Assembly (NCBI GenBank): GCA_965211995.1
Contig: OZ243040.1
Coordinates: 1,555,363-1,619,362 of the forward strand
Length of the DNA stretch: 64,000 nucleotides
DNA from: Candidatus Oxydemutatoraceae bacterium
GTDB lineage: Bacteria; Pseudomonadota; Gammaproteobacteria; Poriferisulfidales; Oxydemutatoraceae
Direction: 5' to 3'
Shown: one piece after another, positions 58,579-64,000 of the stretch
Layout: each line of letters opens with the position of its first letter
How positions within the stretch are numbered: the stretch's first letter is position 1
The notes under the pieces: model-generated
Told to the model about the DNA's origin: nothing
The model's input: only the letters and a program-made list of their open reading frames with translations
The model's database searches: none
Position numbers and translations under genes: made by a program

Positions 58579-58782
58579 GGTTCAAGATACTTTAAGCAGT
58601 CTATTTCGTATAGATTTCAGCAGGTATTGATACATATTTTCGTGACGCATATTGAAGCAAAACTCACATTCTTTCAAGTGGCAATAAAACCTCTGTATGT
58701 GAATACCCCGAAAGCGGGCAAGGCGCACCTTGCAAAGCCCCCGGAAGTTCCCGAGGCCGTTGATATGGCGGCTGCCTTGGAT
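58579..58782 (-). mobile_element. IS1595-family remnant (right end only)
   Basis: ~93% identical to 55030-55235, including the inverted repeat 'ggttcaagatactttaa'. Confidence 0.65.
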
Positions 58783-58825
58783 GCAAAACTCAGCGCTTGC
58801 TCAGGGAGCACGACTCCCCCGACGG

Positions 58826-59581
58826 TTAATTGCTCAAGGTTCTGCCGCCGTCCACCGCGATGATCTGCCCGGTGATGTAGCCTGCGTCGCGCACCAGAAA
58901 CAACACCGCCGCCGCCGCGTCCTGCGGCGAGCCTTCGCGCTTGAGCGCGGTGCGGGCGATGATCTCCTTGTGCTGTTGCTCGTAATGCTCGTCCTGCGGC
59001 CACAGCAAGGCGCCGGGCGCGACCGCGTTGCAACGCACTTCGGGCGCGAGTTCGCGCGCGAGCGACTTCGTCAGCGCATGTACGCCGGCTTTGGCGATGG
59101 AATAGAGCATGTAGCCCTTGAGCGGGCGCCCGGCGTGAATATCGCCGACGTTGACGATGCAGCCCCGGCGCCGGCGCAACTCGGACGACAGGTGCGTGGA
59201 CAGGAACAAAGCACCCTTGAGATTGGCGCCGACGATTTCGTCCCACTGCGCCTCTTTCAATGCGCCGGGCGGCGTCGGATAAAACGTTGACGCGTTGTTC
59301 ACCAAAGCGTCGAGCCGCTCCCAGCGCGCCGCCGCCTGAGCCGCGAGCGACTCGACCTGCGCGAGTTGCAACAGGTCGGCCTGCACGACGCAGGCGGAGT
59401 CGGGACGCACGCGATTCAACGTCTGCGCAAGCCGTTCGGCCTCGTCGCGGGAGCGGCGACAATGCACCACGACGTTCATGCCCGCAGCGTGCAGGGTTGC
59501 GGCGATTGCCGCGCCGATGCGCCGGGCGGCGCCCGTCACCAGCGCGACCTTGCCCTCGAGATCGGTCGAAGTCTGCGTCAT
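58826..59581 (-). CDS. folM: SDR-family pteridine/dihydromonapterin reductase
   Basis: 'KVALVTGAARRIGAAIA' Rossmann motif, catalytic 'YSIAK', PTR1/FolM-like. Confidence 0.7.
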   Translation of the reverse strand: MTQTSTDLEGKVALVTGAARRIGAAIAATLHAAGMNVVVHCRRSRDEAERLAQTLNRVRPDSACVVQADLLQLAQVESLAAQAAARWERLDALVNNASTFYPTPPGALKEAQWDEIVGANLKGALFLSTHLSSELRRRRGCIVNVGDIHAGRPLKGYMLYSIAKAGVHALTKSLARELAPEVRCNAVAPGALLWPQDEHYEQQHKEIIARTALKREGSPQDAAAAVLFLVRDAGYITGQIIAVDGGRTLSN

Positions 59582-59695
59582 TTGAACGTGGTCTCGCGTA
59601 TACTCCCGCGTGGTTGGCTCAATCGGCGCCGCTCAATCGGCGCCGTTATTAAATCACACCGCGCGCAACGACCCGCGCGCAGCGACAATCTCACG

Positions 59696-60502
59696 ATGGA
59701 CGCCTCTCAAGCGATCTCTCTGGCGCTGGTGCAGGGCATCACCGAGTTCCTGCCGGTGTCGAGTTCGGCGCACCTGATCCTGCTGCCGAAGTTGATGGAC
59801 TGGAGCGATCAAGGAATCGCTTTCGACGTCGCGGTGCATCTCGGCACCTTATCCGCCGTGGTTTTTCACTACCGCGCCCCGCTCGCGGATATGCTGAACG
59901 GCCTGCGCCGGCGGCCGCACGGCGACGCCGCGGCGGCCAACACGGCGATGCTGCTCGCGGTCGCGAGCGTGCCGGTGCTCGCCGCCGGCTACACGTTGGA
60001 AAGCGCGATCGAGCAGCACCTGCGCGCGCCGTCGGTGATCGCCGCGACCACCGTCGGCTTCGGTCTGCTGCTGTGGGCCGCCGTGTGGCGCCGGTCAAAG
60101 ACCGCGGCGGCACCGGCGGCGCTGAGCCTTAAAGCGGCATTGATCATCGGTCTCGCGCAGACGCTCGCACTGATCCCCGGCACGTCGCGCGCGGGAATCA
60201 CGATCACCGCCGGGCTTTTTCTCGGCTTATCGCGCGAGCAGTCCATCAACTTCTCGTTCCTGCTCGCGATTCCAGTGATCCTGATCGCGGCACTGTACAA
60301 AGCCGCAAAAATCGGCGTACAAACCGGCGCCGGCGCATGGCCCGACGTATGGCCGATGCTCGCGCTCGGTTTCGCGGTGTCGGCAATATTCGCTTTACTG
60401 ACGATCCGGCTGTTCCTGACGCTGACGGAAAAAATCGGCCTGACGCCGTTCATCGTCTATCGTCTGGCGCTCGGTGCGTTGCTAGTTGCCCTGCTCCTGT
60501 GA
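59696..60502 (+). CDS. uppP: undecaprenyl-diphosphate phosphatase
   Basis: 'ITEFLPVSSSAHL' and 'PGTSRAGITI' are BacA/UppP motifs; start taken at the Met at 59696. Confidence 0.85.
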   Translation: MDASQAISLALVQGITEFLPVSSSAHLILLPKLMDWSDQGIAFDVAVHLGTLSAVVFHYRAPLADMLNGLRRRPHGDAAAANTAMLLAVASVPVLAAGYTLESAIEQHLRAPSVIAATTVGFGLLLWAAVWRRSKTAAAPAALSLKAALIIGLAQTLALIPGTSRAGITITAGLFLGLSREQSINFSFLLAIPVILIAALYKAAKIGVQTGAGAWPDVWPMLALGFAVSAIFALLTIRLFLTLTEKIGLTPFIVYRLALGALLVALLL

Positions 60503-60903
60503 CAAAGCCCCCAGCCGCGCCTTGCGCACGGCTTCACCGACGTCGCCGCCGCAACTTGCGACCACCCTTTTGAGATCGAGCCGGCTCACCGTGTCGAACG
60601 CCGCGCGGATCCGCGACAGACACCGCGCCTTGTCATCCCCGGCAAACGGAAAATCGCAAACCTGCTCCTGTGACGGCTACGGCTTTCGTAAGCATCGAGA
60701 CAGTGCTCGCCCGGCGCGCTGCTAGTTGCCCTGCTCCTGTGACAAAACCCCCAGCCGCGCCTTGCGCACGGCTTCACCGACGTCGCCGCCGCAACTTGCG
60801 ACCACCCTTTTGAGATCGAGCCGGCTCACCGTGTCGAACGCCGCGCGGATCCGCGACAGGCACCGCGCCTTGTCATCCCCGGCAAACGGAAAATCGCAAA
60901 AGC
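60480..60903. repeat. tandem duplication (~240 bp unit) of the overlapping convergent 3' ends of uppP and cca
   Basis: 'tgctagttgccctgctcctgtgacaaa.cccccagccgcgccttgcgcacggcttcaccgacg...' at 60480 and again at 60720. Confidence 0.85.
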
Positions 60904-61864
60904 GCCAGGCGTCGAGCAGCGCCGTCAGTTGTGCGGTGTTCCGAAACGCGTCGGTGCGCTCGAACAGATCGAGCAGCACTTGTGCGTCGAGGCGCCGGGC
61001 CTGTTCCAGACGCCGCCGACAAAACGCCGCGGCTTTCACGAACCTCGAATAAACCGACGGCACGCGCAAGCGCTTGCACGCGGGCGCCAGGTCAACCTCG
61101 TGCGCCGCGGCCTGAAGCACGAGCGCGGCAAACACGGTGAACGGGGGTTGCGCTGCACTCGCGCAGTCGTCGAGCGCCCGCATCACCGCCGCCGCCGCGT
61201 CCGGCGATTGCAGCAACCGCTCCAGCCCGGGCGCCGCGGCGGGCGCGACCGACGCGAGTGCGCCGATCTCCATGAGCACCGCGAAAAAACGCGAAGGCGC
61301 GGGCTCGGACAGCGCGGTTTCAAATTCTTTCCAGACGCGCTCGGCCACCAGCGCTGCGATCTCGCCGCGGTTCACCATCTCACGCATCAGCGCGACGGTC
61401 TCGGCGGCGACACGGAACCCGAGCGGATGAAACCGTGCGGCAAAGCGCGCCACCCGCAGCACCCGCACCGGATCTTCGACGAACGCAGGGGAGACGTGAC
61501 GCAGCAGTTTGTGTTCGAGGTCGCGGCGGCCGTGGTACGGGTCGATCAGGCTGCCGTCGCCGTCGCGTGCGATCGCGTTGATCGTCAGGTCGCGGCGGCG
61601 CAGATCGTCCTCGAGCGACACGTCGGGGCCGGTGTGGAATTCAAACCCGTGATACCCCGGCCCGGTTTTGCGTTCGGTGCGCGCAAGCGCGTATTCCTCT
61701 TTGGTGTCGGGGTGCAGGAACACCGGAAAATGGCGTCCGACCGGCTGAAACCCCCGTGCGCCCATTTCCTCGGGGGTCATGCCGATCACGACCCAGTCGC
61801 GCTCGCCGACCGCAAGGCCGAGCAACTCGTCGCGTACCGCGCCGCCTACGAGATAAACCTGCAT
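60722..61864 (-). CDS. cca: CCA tRNA nucleotidyltransferase (class II, short form)
   Basis: '[16 protein letters not shown]', 'RRDLTINA', 380 aa. Confidence 0.85.
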   Translation of the reverse strand: MQVYLVGGAVRDELLGLAVGERDWVVIGMTPEEMGARGFQPVGRHFPVFLHPDTKEEYALARTERKTGPGYHGFEFHTGPDVSLEDDLRRRDLTINAIARDGDGSLIDPYHGRRDLEHKLLRHVSPAFVEDPVRVLRVARFAARFHPLGFRVAAETVALMREMVNRGEIAALVAERVWKEFETALSEPAPSRFFAVLMEIGALASVAPAAAPGLERLLQSPDAAAAVMRALDDCASAAQPPFTVFAALVLQAAAHEVDLAPACKRLRVPSVYSRFVKAAAFCRRRLEQARRLDAQVLLDLFERTDAFRNTAQLTALLDAWRFCDFPFAGDDKARCLSRIRAAFDTVSRLDLKRVVASCGGDVGEAVRKARLGVLSQEQGN

Positions 61865-61974
61865 CTGACAAAATACATTTCAAATAGCCGGGCGCGTATA
61901 GTATCTGAAAACGATTTGCGCAGGCCCCGCAAGCAACCGGCCATTTCCAGTCCGGTGTGCGACACAAGAAAGAT

Positions 61975-62378
61975 GCCCGGCGCTGCGCGGCACCGCCTGA
62001 GGCTCGAACGAGACCGCCCTGACCGGCGAAAGCCCGCGTCATCCGCGGATCCAAAAAGATAAATCCGCAGACGACGCGGATGGACACAAGAAAATGACGG
62101 GCACAGGCCGCACCTCAGACTCGCATCCGGCCCCGGTCAGATTGGCGGCGTCGGGAAAAGCGGCAACAGCAGATTAAGGAAAAGGGCCGGCGCTGCGCGG
62201 CACCGCCTGAGGCTCGAACGAGACCGCCCTGACCGGCGAAAGTCCGCGTCATCCGCGGATCCAAAAAGATAAACCCGCAGACGACGCGGATGGGCACAAG
62301 AAAATGACGGGCACAGGCCGCACCTCAGACTCGCATCCGGCCCCGGTCAGATTGGCGGCGTGGGAAAAGCGGCAAGAA
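61975..62378. repeat. intergenic tandem duplication, 2 x ~211 bp, each unit containing ATCCGCGGAT-type palindromes
   Basis: 'gcccggcgctgcgcggcaccgcctgaggctcgaacgagaccgccctgaccggcgaaag.ccgcgtcatccgcggatccaaaaagataaa.ccgcagacgacgcggatgg' at 61975 and again at 62186. Confidence 0.8.
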
Positions 62379-62433
62379 TGACGTGGGGGCTCAGCGCCGC
62401 GGCCGTGTCGGCTCAGGCGACAAAAGCCGAAAG

Positions 62434-62553
62434 GCTTCGCGGGTCATTTTAAGTGCTCCGGCCATATCAACTGCAAGAGACGAAACCGGGGTGCCTTGCG
62501 GGTCATTTAAGTGCTCCGGTCATGTCAACCGCAGATGGCGGAACCGGGGGCTT
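62434..62553. repeat. intergenic tandem duplication, 2 x 60 bp
   Basis: 'ct..gcgggtcattt.aagtgctccgg.cat.tcaac.gcaga' twice. Confidence 0.7.
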
Positions 62554-62606
62554 TGCGGATTTATGGGTTAATATAAACGCCGCGCAGCCACGCGAACCCG
62601 CAGATC

Positions 62607-63494
62607 GTGAAACCATTCCCGTTTTTCAAGCCCGTGCCGGGCGTGCTATCCGGCGTCCTGCTCGCCGCGGCGTTGTCCGCGGCGGCGGCGGACAGGGCGC
62701 TCGACGACCCCGGGTTCAAGCGCGCGGTCGCGGCCTATTCCGAAGGCCGGCTCGACGAGGCGCAACTCGCGTTCGAGCAACTCGCGCAGCGTTTCCCCGA
62801 CGATCCGAACGTACTGAACAACCTCGCGGTGATCGCGGCGAAGCAGAACGACACCGGCCGCGCGATCGGGCTGTTCAAACGCGCGATCGAGACCGACGCG
62901 GCGATCAACGTCGGCTACCAAAACCTGTCCGCGATCTACGCGCATCTCGCATCGCTGTCCTACCGCGACGCGTTGTCGCTCGAGTCCGCCGAGCCGCAAC
63001 CGCTGCAACTGAGACTGATCAAGGCGCCCCCGCCAAGCGCGCAGCCCGGCGCGCAGCCCGACGCTGCGGAGATAGACGGGGCGGCGGCGCAGGCGGCGCG
63101 CACGAAAGAAGTCGGCGAGCCTTTGGTGCGCGACCCCGAAGCGCCGGTATTGTCCGACCGCGACCGCGACGTCGTGTCCGCGGTCAGACGTTGGGCGCAA
63201 GCGTGGTCGCGCCAGGACCCGGACGCTTATTTCGCAAGTTACGTCGGCGATTACACGCCGCCGGGCGATTCGCACCGGGACTGGAAAAGGCAGCGCCGCG
63301 AGCGCGTGACGGCGCCGCGGCACATCGAAGTCAAACTCTCCGACGTGCGCGTGCGGATGCGCGGCGAAACCGATGCACGGGTGACGTTCCTGCAGAAATA
63401 CCGCTCGAACCTGCTGTCGAGTTCGGTGATCAAACGGCTGCAAATAAAAAAGGTCGGCGATGAATGGAAGATCACGTCAGAGCAAGTGCTGTAG
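62607..63494 (+). CDS. secreted TPR-repeat protein with a C-terminal NTF2/SnoaL-like domain
   Basis: Signal peptide; TPR 'AFEQLAQRFPDDPNVLNNLAVIAAKQ'; C-terminal 'VRRWAQAWSRQDPDAYFASY'. Confidence 0.5.
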   Translation: MKPFPFFKPVPGVLSGVLLAAALSAAAADRALDDPGFKRAVAAYSEGRLDEAQLAFEQLAQRFPDDPNVLNNLAVIAAKQNDTGRAIGLFKRAIETDAAINVGYQNLSAIYAHLASLSYRDALSLESAEPQPLQLRLIKAPPPSAQPGAQPDAAEIDGAAAQAARTKEVGEPLVRDPEAPVLSDRDRDVVSAVRRWAQAWSRQDPDAYFASYVGDYTPPGDSHRDWKRQRRERVTAPRHIEVKLSDVRVRMRGETDARVTFLQKYRSNLLSSSVIKRLQIKKVGDEWKITSEQVL

Positions 63495-64000
63495 GCGCGC
63501 GGCGGCGCTTGCGGCGGCTTTGCTCGCGGTCGCGGCTTCAGCCGCCACGGCCGATGAAGCCGCGGTCGAGAAGACGCTGCGCCAGGGGCTCGGCGCACTG
63601 CTCGACGGCGACGACGCGCTGTCTTTGAAACACGTGCGGGCACTGCTCGAACAGCAGCCCGACTTCCGGCTCGGACGGTTGATCTACGCCGACCTGCTCG
63701 CCGCGCGCGCCCATCAGGACACGCTGATGGCGATACCCGAAGCTTTGGGCAAAACCCGCATCAAGGGCTTGGTCGAAGAGGCGCAAGCGCGGGTGCATTA
63801 CCGCAGCCCGCCGCGTGGCTACCTGCCCGACGCGGTGATGCAATTGTCGCGGCTGCACCAATACGCATTCGTCCTCGACGCCGCGCGCGCGCGCCTTTAC
63901 GTGCTGGCAAACAAACAGGGCGTACCCGAACCGGTCGCCGACCATTACATCTCGACCGGCAACGGCGGCATCGGCAAAGCCGACGAAGGCGACGAGAAAA
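63460..64000 (+). CDS. L,D-transpeptidase family protein (YafK-like), N-terminal part; runs off the window end
   Basis: ATG at 63460 overlaps the previous gene by 35 nt; signal peptide 'RRAAALAAALLAVAASAATA'; 'ARLYVLANKQG...HYISTGNGGIGKADEGDEK' resembles the YafK/ErfK N-terminal region. Confidence 0.55.
   Translation, partial: MNGRSRQSKCCRRAAALAAALLAVAASAATADEAAVEKTLRQGLGALLDGDDALSLKHVRALLEQQPDFRLGRLIYADLLAARAHQDTLMAIPEALGKTRIKGLVEEAQARVHYRSPPRGYLPDAVMQLSRLHQYAFVLDAARARLYVLANKQGVPEPVADHYISTGNGGIGKADEGDEK

Noticed and set aside
58674-59462. 262-aa minus-strand ORF
   Set aside because: It is a chimeric reading frame running from the IS remnant into the antisense or alternative frame of folM. 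The real gene is folM at 58826-59581.

Overview
This 64 kb window is high-GC (~65%) proteobacterial chromosome carrying serine-cycle genes (sga, mcl, mtkAB, hprA, ppc) and tetrahydromethanopterin/folate C1 genes (ftr/fhcD-like, folD, 5-FCL family). That gene content suggests a methylotroph or methanotroph, which is my inference, not something the sequence states.

The backbone contains:
- a cell-wall block: ppa, mrdA, mrdB, mltB, rlpA, dacA, dat, amgK-murU
- a fadD-like acyl-CoA synthetase
- ilvD, tldD/pmbA, yeeE, queC/queE
- a tol cluster (tolQRAB-cpoB) with no pal gene between tolB and cpoB
- folM, uppP, cca, a TPR protein and a partial L,D-transpeptidase

Three low-GC accessory islands interrupt this backbone:
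1. Island 1 (~12.3-15.7 kb): a WYL-domain regulator divergent from a two-gene operon encoding a 289-aa unknown protein and a PUA-like/Mrr-type PD-(D/E)xK nuclease. I cannot match it to any named defence system.
2. Island 2 (~25.2-36.6 kb): an expanded type III restriction-modification operon (AAA ATPase with DUF4143, then Mod, then a coiled-coil two-TM protein, then Res, then a four-TM protein), followed by an IS1595-family remnant, a DUF4258/HTH toxin-antitoxin-like pair, tandemly duplicated small GIY-YIG genes and one hypothetical.
3. Island 3 (~53.9-58.8 kb): a SAM-dependent methyltransferase, an internally deleted IS1595-family element, and a GHKL (MutL/MORC-like) ATPase translationally coupled to a 230-aa unknown protein. 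These last two genes are bracketed by IS1595 copies in direct orientation.

The window is also rich in tandem segmental duplications of 60-310 bp at gene boundaries: the mltB/rlpA junction, the ppc promoter plus 5' end (three copies), the pmbA 3' end, the queE 3' end (three copies), the convergent uppP/cca 3' ends, and two intergenic arrays. Further in-frame repeat arrays sit inside a DUF1640-like gene, the WYL regulator, cpoB and tolA. A small ATCCGC...GCGGAT palindromic motif recurs three times.

I found no rRNA, tRNA or CRISPR array.
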